Positions 12,712 to 24,840 of a stretch of DNA of 64,000 nt are shown here, piece by piece. The position numbers were made by a program, and so were the translations under genes. Each line of letters starts with the position of its first letter. Positions within the stretch are counted from its first letter, which is position 1. This DNA is from Azolla caroliniana. Taxonomy: Eukaryota; Plantae; Polypodiophyta. The notes below the pieces were generated by a model. It was given only the letters and a program-made list of their open reading frames with translations. It was not told the DNA's origin and ran no database searches. The stretch lies in assembly GCA_043228905.1 (NCBI GenBank), contig JBHGNT010000015.1, positions 4,278,001-4,342,000 of the forward strand, written 5' to 3'.

Positions 12712-14800
12712 TGACAGGAACTACACGCTTCGTTTGAACAACGCTCGGCCACAACCGAGCCTAGAATAAAACATAGAAAACAGGGAATGAAACACAAACA
12801 CGATAGAGAGAAGAGTACACAGGATGTTTACGTAGAAAACCCAAACTCGGGAAAAACCACGGCAGCCCACAGACCGCAAACTATCACTATGTCAGAATGT
12901 ACAATAAGAAAGCACCGAGGCCACGACCTCGAGCTTGCTATCTTCGCCACAGGCGGCAGTTACAATTAGAGGCAACGACCTCTTTCTCTCTCTCTCTCTC
13001 TCTCTGTACACAGTTGCGCGCTCTAATCTTGCGCCAACAAGAATGACGACAACTCTCTTCATAAGTTTGCCCTAAGTCATATTTATACTAATATGACTTT
13101 TTGGCTATTTACAAATATAGTCACGATGGACTCTCAGAAACATATTTACAAATATGTCTCTTCATCCGGTTGTCACTTGGCGTGCATCATCCGGCACTTG
13201 CCGGGTACTCTTCATCCGGTTCTCACCGGGTCTGCACCATCCGGCTCTCCGTAGCCGGGTACTTGTCATCCGGTTTCGGCCTCGGCCGAGTTTGCTCATC
13301 AGTACTGTTTTTCTCACTTCCCATCTGGAGGGACCTATTTCCTAACAAACTCCCCCTTCACTCCGGCATGGGATGTCTTACTAGTCCGACCCGCTTCCGG
13401 CATGCATCCAACTTGTCGGGTATCAGTACTTTTGTCAGCATATCTGACCCATTCTCGTCCGTTTGGATCTTTGTCAGCGGGAACTCCTGGTCATTTACTC
13501 TTTCCCAGATCTAGTGATACCTTCGCTGGATATGCTTCGTCCGGGAATGGTAGACCGCATTCTTAGCAAGGTGGATGGCACTTTGATTGTCGCAATAGAG
13601 CCGGTATTCATCTTGCCGGATACTGAGCTCTCCGATGAAGTCCTTCATCCATAATATTTCCTTGCTGGCTTCCACAGTCGCCATGTACTCCGCCTCCGTG
13701 GTTGACAATGCAACTGTCTTCTGCAGCCTCGACTGCCACGAAACAGCTCCCCCTGCATATGTCATTACATACCCGGATGTAGATCGGCTGGTATCCACAT
13801 CAGCCGACATGTCCGAATCGGTAAAACTGTCAAGTTGAGGTTTTCCGGAGCCGAATCGGAGACACATATTCGAAGTGCCCTTCAAGTACCGGAGAATCCA
13901 TTTGACCGCGTTCCAGTGCTCCTTGCCGGGATTGCTCATAAACCGGCTCACTACTTCGACTGCGTAGCCTATATATGGTCGGGTACACACCATTGCGTAT
14001 ATCAAGCTCTCGACGGCAGAGGCATATGGAACCTTCATCATATCAGCCTTCTTTGCTTTCGTCTTCGGGCTTTGCTTACCGGATAATCTGCAGTTTGCCG
14101 GGAGTGTCGATCAGACCGGTTTCACATCTGTCATGTTGAACCGGTGAAGCACCTTTGTCACGTACTTCTCTTGTGACAGCCACAATGGCTTCACTAACCG
14201 GTTCCGGATAATATGCATCCCCAACATCTGTCTTGCCGGAACCAAGTCTTTCATTGAGAAGGTCCGGTTGAGATCCTTCTTCAGCATACATATTTTGGCT
14301 TGGTCCCGTCCGACAATCCGCATGTCGTCCACGTACAGAAGGAGTATCAGGAAGTTTCCTCCTTCGAACTTCTTCACAAACACGCAGTGATCGGCCTGCG
14401 TCTTGTGGTACCCTTGATCGGTCATGAAGGAGTCGAACTTCCGGTACCATTGCCAGGGGGCCAGCTTCAACCCGTAGAGACTCTTCTTCAACCGGCAAAC
14501 CAGGTCTCCTTTCCTTTCTCCACGAATCCTTCTGGTTGCTGCATGTAGATCTCCTCTTCAAGGTCGCCGTGAAGGAATGCCATCTTCACGTCCAACTGCT
14601 CTACCTCGAGGTCCATGCTTGCCACTATACTCAGCACCGTCCGGATGGAGGTCATCTTTACTACCGGGGCAAATATCTCGTCGAAGTCCACGCCCTTCTT
14701 CTGCTGGAACCCCTTCACCATGATCCTAGCTTTGTATCTCGGGGGGTTGCCGGCATCTTCCGGTTTCAACTTGTACACCCACTTATTTCAGAGTGCCCGC

Positions 14801-16633
14801 TGTCGTGAAGATTTTCGTCCATGAGCTGAAACCCGAGCAACGAGAGCCAAAGAGCGATGTGCAACGTTGCACATGTACATAATGTATTTGTAATAATAAT
14901 AAGGGTAAAGGGTATGGTGCTAGAAATTCCCCATAAGATCCCTAAGGTACAAAGACGATGTGGTCTTGTGCACACATCCACGTGAGAGAGAGAGAGAGGT
15001 ACTATGCGGTACATAGGTACCTAGTTGTTTGTGAGGAGGTGGGAGTTAAGGGGCCATCAATCTCACCCTCCCCCAAATCAAGGAAAATATCCCCTTTGAA
15101 TGAAAGGGGATATTTTAGTCTCACTTTGTAAACGTTCTTCCCTCCTTGTGCTATAAAAGGAGAGGGAAGGCACCATTGTAAGGGTTGCCTATTTTGAGTG
15201 TGCGAGGTATACCACATAGGTCGAGCATTAGGGTTAGGGTTAGGGATTCTCATCCTCACGTAACAACGCGACATATTTGGTGAACCCGACGTGAAGAGGC
15301 GGCAAGGGAGGAAGGAGATGGAAGCCGGAGACATCACGGAAGTAATTACGAGAATGGCAAGGGATTTCGCAAGAAGGAGAGGAAGACGGGAAGAGGCGTA
15401 CAAGTACGATCGACGCGAGTTCAATCTATGGGTGTCGTCGGCAAAGGCTCCTCGAAGCGCAATGAAGGCATTCTGGGAGTTCGATCTCTAGTTTTCCCAA
15501 CTTTCGGTCCGGGATCAAGAATCGGTGGGGGCGGACAAGGTCCCACTATTCTTGAAGTCGGTCAATGAAAGGGGAAGAATGGCCATTTTTCCCTACCTTG
15601 AAGATGATGAAGGGGCGTACGGCCTCACCGAAGATTGGAACGAGGTGGAATGGGCGAGCATACAATGCAATGAGAGACGGTCGGCCACAACGCGGCCCGC
15701 GAGTGGCGGAGGAGAGAGAGCGGTGACCGACTACGCACTACCGCCGGAAGAGAGCTCAACGCAAATCGGTTCGGAGGAGCTCGACATCGAAGTCTTGGTG
15801 TGGGAAGCGTACGAGATTGTAGAGGCACAAATCGAAGCTGAAGAGGGGCTTATTGCGGAGTCGGGGCCGAGCGGATCGGAGGATGAGGAGGCCGAAAGAG
15901 AATGGTACATCGGTACCACGGGAGAGGGTGCGGGACGAGCCACCCTCTCGACATGCGGAGAAAGATCGATCGAGGACGAGGTCGGGGACGGTGAGGCGGC
16001 GATCGCCGGTTCGAGCGGACATGAGGGAGTTCGGGCATGGAGGCCCGAAACATCGAGCGGGGAGAAGACGGGCGGTGGTGCCGGGACCTTACGCACACCG
16101 GGCCTAGAGACTCCGGCAACCGGCCCGAGAGCCGGTGTGAGACCTAGAGTGACGGGCGGTGGCAGCGGCAAGGCGGGTGACCACGATGGTGACATGGGAG
16201 AGGGTGCGGAAAGAGCGACTCTCTCGTCTTGCGACGAATGGACGGCCATGGAGGCTGGTAACTACGGATTCGGGACATGGCGGCCCGAAACATCGAGTGA
16301 GGAGGAGACAAGCGGCGGTGCCGCGACCTAACACACACCGGCCCTAGAGGCACCGGTGGTCGGCCCGATTGCCGGCGTGAGACCTAGGGTAACGAACGGT
16401 GGCGGCGGCAAGGCGGGCAATCGAGACAACGGTGAGGAGACCGTGGAAGAGGAGGCGGCAAGCATAATTGATGCTTGCATATACGGAGGCGGGGTAGCCA
16501 CGGACGACGATGTCCGAATGGAGGTGGCTACGGGCATAGCATCGACGAGTGGAGGCGTTGCTACCTTACACGCACCGGTTCAAGAGACCCCGGCGGCCGG
16601 CCCGAGTGCCCACGTGAGACCTGGGGTAACAAA
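14801..16633 (+). mobile_element. Truncated gag-only LTR element related to A (LTR 14801-15273, tRNA-Trp PBS 15278-15294) inserted in the RT of D
   Basis: LTR TGTCGTGAAGATTTTCG...GCGACA; GADKVPLFLKSVNE...EDDEGAYGLTEDW homologous to GANKVLMFVKSID...DDDGANGLTKDW in A; 3' part deleted. Confidence 0.85.
15920..16633 (+). repeat. Imperfect ~240-bp GC-rich tandem repeats encoding Gly/Thr/Glu-rich peptide
   Basis: WRPETSS.E.T.GG..T...P.LE.P..GP.AGVRPRVT units near 16037 and 16277, plus a partial unit near 16550. Confidence 0.75.
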
Positions 16634-16786
16634 CGGATAACACCTGATCCTTCGCCTCCAACGGTGTGGCCCACAACTTCCGGCTGTGGTCATCTATGAA
16701 CGTCACGAGGTACTGCGATCCGGCATGTGACTTCGTATCCACTTGACATACATCAGTATTTACCAACTCCAGTGGTGCATTACGTC

Positions 16787-19687
16787 TCATCGGTGGCCTC
16801 GATCGGAAGGAGGTCCGGTTTGTTTACCGGGCAGACAATCAGTGCACTTCTCCAAGTGCACGTTCTTCACTGGAATGAGGTTGTCGTCTGCAAGCCTCTT
16901 CATCCCCTTCTCGCTCATGTGGCATAGTCTCTTGTGCCACAACTCACCGGCAGTATCGGATGCCACGTTCACTTCTTCCGGGCATAACCGGGCATTCATC
17001 AGGTACAACGTGTTGACCTTCTGGGCCCAAGCCACAATCAGGCTCCTTTTGCTGAACTTCATAACACTGTTCCGGATGCTACCCGTGTAGCCTTCAGCAT
17101 CTAGCCGATCGGCTGATATCAGGTTCAGACGAACCTCCGGAATGTGTCGGACATCCTTCAGTAGCAGTTTGCATCCGGTTGGTGTTGTCAGCCACACGTC
17201 TCCTATGCTGACAATTCGGCATGTACCTTCATTCCCCATCCGGACACAGCCGTGATCACCGGCTGAGTAGTATGAGAAGCACTTCCGGTCCGGGGTAAGG
17301 TGGAACGATGCTCTGGAGTTGACCACCCAGGTCATCTCGTCGCCGACAATGTTTATCTCACTCTCCTCGGTGATGAGCATCAACTCTTCTTCACTTGCCA
17401 TGATTGCCGTCGTTCCCTTCCGGTCCGGTGTCCACTTCGAATCGGTGCCGTCGGTTTCCTTGTCTTTACGGAAATGCCGACAGTTCTTCTGGAAGTGTCC
17501 CGGCTTGCCGCAATAGAAGTAAGTAGGCCTCCCCCTTGACTTTGACCGTGTCCCCGACTTTTCCCAGTTCTGGGGACTACGGTTTCTTTGTCTTCCGCGT
17601 TTCGATTCGGTAAGGAGCGCTTTGGAGTCGGAGCTTGTATCCTTATCTTTCCGACGCGCCTCCTCATCTAGCAGGCTTGACTTCACTCTTGCTAGGGATA
17701 ACCATTTCCCTTCTGGCCCGGCGTTGCCCAAAGTGACAACCAACGTCTCCCAACTATCCGGGAGGGAACTGAGTAGGAGTAGCGCTAGTACCTCATCGGC
17801 GAGAGGTACTTCCAATGATGTTGCCCGGTGTATAAGCCCCTGGAAGGCATTCATGTGCTCCGCCATGCTGGAGCCATCTTGATACCGGAGTCTTAGCTGG
17901 ATATGCTTCGTCCGGGAATGGTAGGCTGTATTCTTAGCAAGATGGATGGCACTTTGATTGTCGCAATAGAGCCGATATTCATCTTGCCGGATACCGAGCT
18001 CTCCGATGAAGTTCTTCATCCATAAGATTTCCTTGTTGGCTTCCATAGCCACCATGTACTCCGCCTCCGTGGTTGACAATGCAACTGTCTTCTGCAGCCT
18101 CGATTGCCACGAAACAGCTCCCCCTGCATATGTCATTACATACCCGGATGTAGATCGGCTGGTATCCACATCAGCCGACATGTCCGAATCGGTGAAACCG
18201 TCAAGTTGGGGTTTTCCGAAGCCGAATCGGAGACACATCTTTGAAGTGCCCTTCAAATACCGGAGTATCCATTTGACCGTGTTCCAGTGCTCCTTGCCAG
18301 GACTGCTCATAAACCGGCTCACCACTCTGACTGCGTAGCCTATATCCGGTCGGGTACACACCATTGCGTACATTAAGCTCCCGACGGCAGAGGCATATGG
18401 AATCTTCATCATATCCGCCTTCTCTGTTTTCGTCTTCAGGCTTTGCTTACCGGATAACCTACAGTTTGCCGGAAGTGTCGATCCGACCGGTTTCGCATCT
18501 GACATGTTGAACCGGTGAAGCACCTTTGTCACGTACTTCTCCTGTGACAGCCATAATTGCTTCGCTAACCGGTTCTGGATAATATGCATCCCCAACATCT
18601 GTTTTGCCGGACCCAAGTCTTTCATTGAGAAGGTCCGGTTGAGGGCCTTCTTCAGCATCCGTATTTTGACTTGGTCCCGTCCGACGATCAACATGTCATC
18701 CACGTACAGAAGGAGTATCAGGAAGTCACCTCCTTCAAACTTCTTCACAAACATGTAGTGATCGGCCTGTGTCCTGTGGTACCCTTGATCGGTCATGAAG
18801 GAGTCGAACTTCCGGTACCATTGCCGGGGGGCCTGCTTCAACCCGTACAGGCTCTTCTTCAACCGGCATACCAGGTGCTCCTTCCCTTTGTACACGAATC
18901 CTTCCGGTTGCTGCATGTAGATCTCCTCCTCGAGGTCGCCGTGAAGGAATGCCGTCTTCACGTCCAGCCGCTCTACCACGAGGTCCATGCTTTCCGCTAT
19001 ACTCAGCACCGTCCGGATGGAGGTAATCTTTACTACCGGGGCAAATATCTCGTCGAAGTCCATGCCCTTTTTCTGCTGGAAGCCCTTCACCACGATCCTG
19101 GCTTTGTATCTCAGGGGGTTGCCGGCATCTCCCGGTTTCAACTTGTACAGCCACTTATTTCGGAGTGTCCTCTTTCCTTTCGGTAACTCCACCAATTCGT
19201 ACGTATGGTTCTCATGCAGGGAATCCATCTCATCCTGCCTGGCACTTAACCATTTTCGGCTGTGGGTGTCATCGTTCGCTTCTTCGAAGCTTTCCGGCTC
19301 CCTCTCATCGGTCAGCAGAACATGCTCTGCATCCGGAAATCTCCGGGGGGCCCTTCTCTCTCTGAGAGGATATCTCCGTCTTCGGGCTTCGGTAACCGGC
19401 TCCTCCATTTGCTCTTCATTGGAATCCGATTTGGGGTCTTGGCCGGTTCCGGTTTCAGCTTCCTCTACTTCTTCTTTAGCCTGTTCGGTATCCTCACCGT
19501 AACTGGCTGGTCCCTCGAGTGCTAATCGGTCTCTTGCCGGTTGGGTCTGCTCATCGTAGAGTCGGTCCTTACCGGTCGACTCGAAGTTCATTATCTTCTT
19601 CTCCGACTCCCAGTCGGCGAGCGTCTTGTCCTCCATGAAGATAATATCTCGACTCCGGAATACCTTCTTGTCGACCAGGTCCCACAC
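16787..19687 (-). CDS. Chimeric 966-aa ORF: INT C-terminus, RT and RNase H of E fused in frame to gag, protease and GAG-pre-integrase of D
   Basis: Junction ...HSRTKHIQ|LRLRYQDGSSMAEH... at ~17895; domain order is permuted relative to normal copia. Confidence 0.75.
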   Translation of the reverse strand: MWDLVDKKVFRSRDIIFMEDKTLADWESEKKIMNFESTGKDRLYDEQTQPARDRLALEGPASYGEDTEQAKEEVEEAETGTGQDPKSDSNEEQMEEPVTEARRRRYPLRERRAPRRFPDAEHVLLTDEREPESFEEANDDTHSRKWLSARQDEMDSLHENHTYELVELPKGKRTLRNKWLYKLKPGDAGNPLRYKARIVVKGFQQKKGMDFDEIFAPVVKITSIRTVLSIAESMDLVVERLDVKTAFLHGDLEEEIYMQQPEGFVYKGKEHLVCRLKKSLYGLKQAPRQWYRKFDSFMTDQGYHRTQADHYMFVKKFEGGDFLILLLYVDDMLIVGRDQVKIRMLKKALNRTFSMKDLGPAKQMLGMHIIQNRLAKQLWLSQEKYVTKVLHRFNMSDAKPVGSTLPANCRLSGKQSLKTKTEKADMMKIPYASAVGSLMYAMVCTRPDIGYAVRVVSRFMSSPGKEHWNTVKWILRYLKGTSKMCLRFGFGKPQLDGFTDSDMSADVDTSRSTSGYVMTYAGGAVSWQSRLQKTVALSTTEAEYMVAMEANKEILWMKNFIGELGIRQDEYRLYCDNQSAIHLAKNTAYHSRTKHIQLRLRYQDGSSMAEHMNAFQGLIHRATSLEVPLADEVLALLLLSSLPDSWETLVVTLGNAGPEGKWLSLARVKSSLLDEEARRKDKDTSSDSKALLTESKRGRQRNRSPQNWEKSGTRSKSRGRPTYFYCGKPGHFQKNCRHFRKDKETDGTDSKWTPDRKGTTAIMASEEELMLITEESEINIVGDEMTWVVNSRASFHLTPDRKCFSYYSAGDHGCVRMGNEGTCRIVSIGDVWLTTPTGCKLLLKDVRHIPEVRLNLISADRLDAEGYTGSIRNSVMKFSKRSLIVAWAQKVNTLYLMNARLCPEEVNVASDTAGELWHKRLCHMSEKGMKRLADDNLIPVKNVHLEKCTDCLPGKQTGPPSDRGHR

Positions 19688-22495
19688 TCGGTAGCCGAAC
19701 TAATTGTCACCGTAACCGAGGAATATGCATGGCCGGGTCTTTGGATCTAACTTTCCTCTCCGGTCCTTATCTACATGCACATACTCGAGACACCCGAACA
19801 CCTTCAGATGCCGGTAGGATACCTCCTTACCGGTCCACACTCTCTGTGGCGTGTCCCCGTCCAAGGGTACTGAGGGTGATCTATTTATCACATATGTCAC
19901 CGTCGACAGTGCCTCAGCCCAAAACTTCTTGGGTAGTTTTGCATGCGCTAGCATACTCTGGACCCTCTCCATTATGGTCCGGTTCATCCTGTCGGCCAGT
20001 CCGTTTAGTTCCGGCGTCTTCGGCACGGTAAATTCGAGCCAGATTCCCTTCGAGCAGCAGTACTCCTCGAATTGCCCCCGGTATTCTCCTCTGTTATCTG
20101 CTCAAACCGCCTTTAGCTTCCGGCCGGTTCCTCTTTCCACTCTCGTGTGGAGCTCTTTGAAGACGGATAACACCTGATCCTTTGTCTTCAACGGTGTGGC
20201 CCACAACTTCCGGGTGTGGTCATCTATGAACGTCACGAAGTACTGCGCTCTGGCATGCGACTTCGTGTCTACTTGACACACATCTGTATGCACCAACTCC
20301 AGTGGTGCATTACGTCTCATCGGTGGCCTTGGTCGGAAGGAGGTCCGGTTTTGCTTACCGGCCAGACAATCAGTGCACTTCTCCAAGTGCACGTTCTTCA
20401 CTGGAATGAGGTTGTCATCTGCAAGCCTCTTCATCCCCTTCTCGCTCATATGACACAGTCTCTTGTGCCACAGCTCACCGACCGTGTCTGATGCCAAGTT
20501 CACTACTTCCGGACATAACCGGGCATTAATCAGGTACAATGTGTTGACCTTCCGGGCCCAAGCCACAATCAGGCTCCCTTTGTTGAACTTCATAACACCG
20601 TTCCGGATGCTACCCGTGTAGCCTTCATCATCTAGGCGACTGGCTGATATCAGGTTTAGACGAACCTCCGGAACGTGTCAGACATCCTTCTGCAGCAACT
20701 TGCATCCGGTTGGTGTTGACAGCCACACGTCTCCTATGCCGACAATTCGGCATGTACCTTCATTCCCCATCCAGACACAGCCGTGATCATCGGCTGAGTA
20801 GGATGAGAAGCATTTCTGGTCCGGGGTAAGGTGGAACGATGCTCCGGAGTCTACCACCTAGGTCATCTCGTCGCCGGCAAGGTTTATCTCACTCTCCTCG
20901 GTGATGAGCATCAACTCTTCTTCACTTGCCGCGATTGCCGTCGTCCCCTTCCGGTCCGTTCCCCTCCGGTCTTTATCGTTCCGGTCCGGTATCCGCTTCG
21001 AATCGGTACCGTCGGTTTCCTTGTCCTTTCGGAAATGCTGACAGTTCTTCTGGAAGTGTCCTGGCTTGCCGCAATAGAAGCAAGTAGGTCTCCCCCTTGA
21101 CTTTGACCGTGTCCCTGACTTTTCCCGGTTCTGGGGACTACGGTTTCTTTGGCTTCCGTAAGGAGCGCTTTGGAGTCGGAGCTCGTATCCTTATCTTTCC
21201 GACGCGCCTCCTCATCTAGCAGGCTCGACTTCACTCTTGCTAGGGATAACCATTTCCCTTCCGGCCCGGCGTTGCCCAAAGTGACAACCAACGTCTCCCA
21301 GCTATCTGGGAGGGAACCGAGCAGGAGTAGCGCTAGTACCTCATCGGCGAGAGGTACTTCCAATGACGTTGCCTGGTGTATCAGCCCCTGGAAGGCATTC
21401 ATGTGCTCTGCCATGCTGGAGCCATCTTGGTACCAGAGTCTTACTAGCTTCCGGAATACCGAAACCTGATTAACAACATTTTTTTTTTGAAACATAACGC
21501 CGATCTTCTCCGAGAGCTCATGAGCCTTGCTCTCTTCATTGAAGTTGTTGTACAGGCTCATGTCGATGAAGCACCGTATGTACGCCGTTGTCTTCATGTG
21601 CATCACCTCCCATATCGCGGCGTCGATTTTGTCCGGTCTCTTGTCCCTGAACTAAACCCGCAGCCAGAGGTCTTTAACCACGAGCATGTCCCTCATCTTC
21701 GACTTCCACACTGAATAGTTGGAGCCGGTGAGCTTGAACATGCCGCCAAACGATTCGTCCATTTTTCTGTGTCGCTTCGCTCTGATACCACTTGTCAGGA
21801 ACAACATGCTCCCTATACGCAACGCTCGGCCACAACCGAGCTTAGAATCATGCACAGAAAACGGGAAATAAATGCACGACACAGTGAAGAGAAGTGTACA
21901 TGGGATGTTTACGTGGAAAACCCAAACTAAGGGAAAAAACCACGGCAGCCCACAGGCTACAAACTATCACTATGTTAGAATGTACAATAGTGAGTTCACA
22001 GAGGCAACGACCTCATGCTCACGATCTTCGCCACAGGTGGCGGTTACAACAGAGGCAACAACCTCTTTCTCTCTCTCTCTCTCTCTGTACAAAGTTACGC
22101 GCTCTCTCTTTTCTTCCACCAACAAGAAATGACAACAACTACTAAAAGTTTGCCCTAAGTCATATTTATACTAATATGACTTTTCGGCTATTTACAAATG
22201 TAGCCACGATGGACTCTCAGAAACATATTTACAAATATGTCTCTTCATCCGGAGAGCGCTTCTCACCGGGTTTGCACCATCCGGCTCTCCGTAACCGGGT
22301 ACTCCTCATCCGGTTCTCACCGGGTCTGCACCATCCGGCTCTCCGCAGCTGGGTACTCCTCATCCACTTCTCACCGGGTCTGCACCATCCGGCTCTCCGT
22401 AGCCGGGTACTCCTCATCCGGTTTCGGCCTCGGCTGAGTTTGCTTATCAGCACTGTTTTTCTCCCTTCCCATCCGGAGGGACCTGTCTCCCAACA
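17896..22495 (-). mobile_element. Ty1/copia element E (close relative of D) inserted in the gag of D; 5' LTR 21793-22495; 3' LTR lost by deletion
   Basis: iMet PBS 21779-21790 (minus); gag, PR, INT (LVHTDVCQ), RT (LYVDDMLI) and RNase H up to KHIQ; D gag resumes at 22496. Confidence 0.9.
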
Positions 22496-23127
22496 ATATC
22501 GTGGCGTCGATTTTTTCCGGTCTCTTGTCCCCAAACTGAACCGACAACCAAAGATCTTTAATCACGAGCATGTCCCTCATCTTCGACTTCCACACCGAAT
22601 AGTTGGAGCCAGTGAGCTTGAACATGCCTCCCAATGAGTCGTCCATTTTCTGTGTCGTTTCGCTCTGATACCACTTTGACAGGAACTACACGCTCCGTTT
22701 GAACAACGCTCAGCCACAACCAAGCCTAGAATAAAACACAAAAAACAGGGAATGAAACACAAACACGATAGAGAGAAGAGTACACAGGATGTTTACGTGG
22801 AAAACCCAAACTCGGGAAAAACCATGACAGCCCACAGACTGCAAACTATCACTATGTCAGAATGTACAATAAGAAAGCACCGAGGCCACAACCTCGAGCT
22901 TGCTATTTTCACCACAGGCGGCGGTTACAATCAGAGGCAACGACCTCTTTCTCTCTCTCTCACTCTCTCTGTACACAGTTGTGCGCTCTAATCTTGCGCC
23001 AACAAGAATGACGACAACTATCTTCATAAGTTTGCCCTAAGTCATATTTATACTAATATGACTTTTTGGCTATTTACAAATATAGCCACGATGGACTCTC
23101 AGAAACATATTTACAAATATGTCTCTT

Positions 23128-23400
23128 CATCCAGTTCTCACCGGGCCTGCATCATCCGGCACTTGCCGGGTACTCGTCATCCGGTTCTCACCGGGTCTGC
23201 ACCATCCGGCTCTCCGTAGCCGAGTACTCGTCATCCGGTTCTCACCGGGTCTGCACCATCCGGCTCTCCGTAGCCGGGTACTCATCATCCGGTTCTCACC
23301 GGGTCTGCACCATTCGGCTCTCCGTAGCCGGGTACTCGTCATCCGGTTCTCACCGGGTTTGCACCATTCGGCTCTCCGTAGCCGGGTACTCATCATCCGG
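23128..23400 (+). repeat. 54-bp CCGG-rich tandem repeat within the D/E-family LTR
   Basis: Unit CATCCGGTTCTCACCGGGTCTGCACCATCCGGCTCTCCGTAGCCGGGTACTCRT: 4 full copies plus a variant here, 1 plus a variant at 13163-13275, ~3 at 22255-22420. Confidence 0.92.
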
Positions 23401-23542
23401 TTTCGGCCTCGGCCGAGTTTGCTCATCAGTACTGTTCTTCTCACTTCCCATCTGGAGGGACCTATTATCTAACACTTTTGTGGCCTACAGGTGTAAATGG
23501 ACTAGACGACATCCATTCCCTTTGATCGCTACCTATAGCAGA

Positions 23543-24080
23543 TGTAACGGGGCGTTGATTTGCCGATAGTTGTATGCTGTAATCGATAGGCACAATAGGT
23601 CGAACGTTCTTCCTCGAATGTTCTATCAAGATGATTGTGGTAGGAAATTGGATGGCTAGAAATAGTCTATACTCAAACTTGTTCTATAGAGCCCTGTTCT
23701 GTTTACTTAGTAACCGTGATCGACTATTCTTCTTAATATAATTACTTAGTGGACGCAAAATCAGAGTTCAACACATATAACAGTACCGAATCAGAATAGA
23801 GTCGACACAGAGATATCCTCTAACTACTAAGTTATATTAATTCAAAATAGAACGATAGGATTACAATGCTCTCGGTTCCTTTTTATAGGTGATCCGAGAG
23901 TCTCTCTTCAAGATTTACACTTGCCGTGTTCGACAAGACTACAACAAAATTGTCCTAACTAACTCTACTAGTTTTTCTAGTTGGCCAAAATATATTATTT
24001 CATTTTGACTCGTCAATCCGACTCCGACACTTTCACACTTGTTCGACTCTGAACCTTGTCGATTCCGACTTCTTTTCACA
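23543..24080 (-). mobile_element. Candidate 5' LTR of host gypsy C
   Basis: TGTAAC...TTCACA boundaries, minus-strand TATA (CCTATAAAA) near 23880, position upstream of C gag. The partner LTR is outside the window and the PBS is unclear. Confidence 0.35.
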
Positions 24081-24840
24081 TCTGTTCGACTCCTACCTTG
24101 GTAGTCGACCGACTAACAAGTTTCCATTCAAACTCTAATACCCCTGTGGGTATTTCTTCTCTATTGATGGGCTCATACAAACCTTTGACTATGAGAAGAT
24201 TTTCCATCTTGAACTTCCAGCCTGCATAGTTGTGTGAGTTTAGGACCATCATTCTTTGAAAACCACTCACACCTCCTTCTATCTTTGCACTTGTCTCTTT
24301 GATACCAGTTTGAAAGGATAGGATCATAGATCTATGAGAAACAATAGGGAGAGACTTTGCACAACACGGAAAAACAGAAATATAACAAAGCGTAGAGTAC
24401 ACAATATTTTACGTGGAAACCCTAAAACAAGGGAAAACTGGGCAACAGAGAATCAGTATAATTGAGATATACAAGGAAAGAATAGATTACAACACTCACA
24501 ATACAGAGTGTATCAACCACATAGGGCTCTTAGCGTCTAGTATCACACAACTATGGTGCCGCTCATGCTCACGCTCTCACATCTCTCTTCCTCTCACTCT
24601 ATTACTCTTAGTACAGAAGCGCTTCGTTATGTTCTACACATACAACATTTGGCCCTAGATGTATTTATACTTATACAAAATATGGGCTATTTACAAATAT
24701 AGCTACCATTATTATTTTTAGTTGATCAACCGACTAATCGACTCCTATGTTGATTTTCCAGCCGGCTCGACTAGTCGACTCCTATGTCTTCCTCGACTTC
24801 GACTATCGACTTCTCCCATAGGAGGGACACTTTCCTAATA
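24081..24840 (-). mobile_element. 5' fragment of a copia element: LTR ~24311-24840, iMet-type PBS 24297-24307, gag N-terminus
   Basis: MMVLNSHNYAGWKFKMENLLIVKGLYEPI; TGGTATCAAAG on the minus strand. Confidence 0.75.

Larger units (their letters stand above)
12712..23474 (-). mobile_element. Ty1/copia element D (3' LTR 12712-13347, 5' LTR 22677-23474) with nested insertions and internal deletions
   Basis: TSD CTTTT (12707-12711 / 23475-23479); iMet PBS at 22662-22673 (minus); PPT at 13350-13358 (minus); RT/RNase H 13370-14800; gag-PR-INT remnants 16634-17895 and 22496-22646. Confidence 0.93.

Noticed and set aside
15228-15245. (TTAGGG)3 as a telomere remnant
   Set aside because: Only three units, inside an LTR; more likely a telo-box-like motif or chance expansion.
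23066-23569. Repetitive peptide ORFs (SSSGSHRVCTIRLSVAGY)n
   Set aside because: By-product of a stop-free 54-bp LTR repeat open in several frames.
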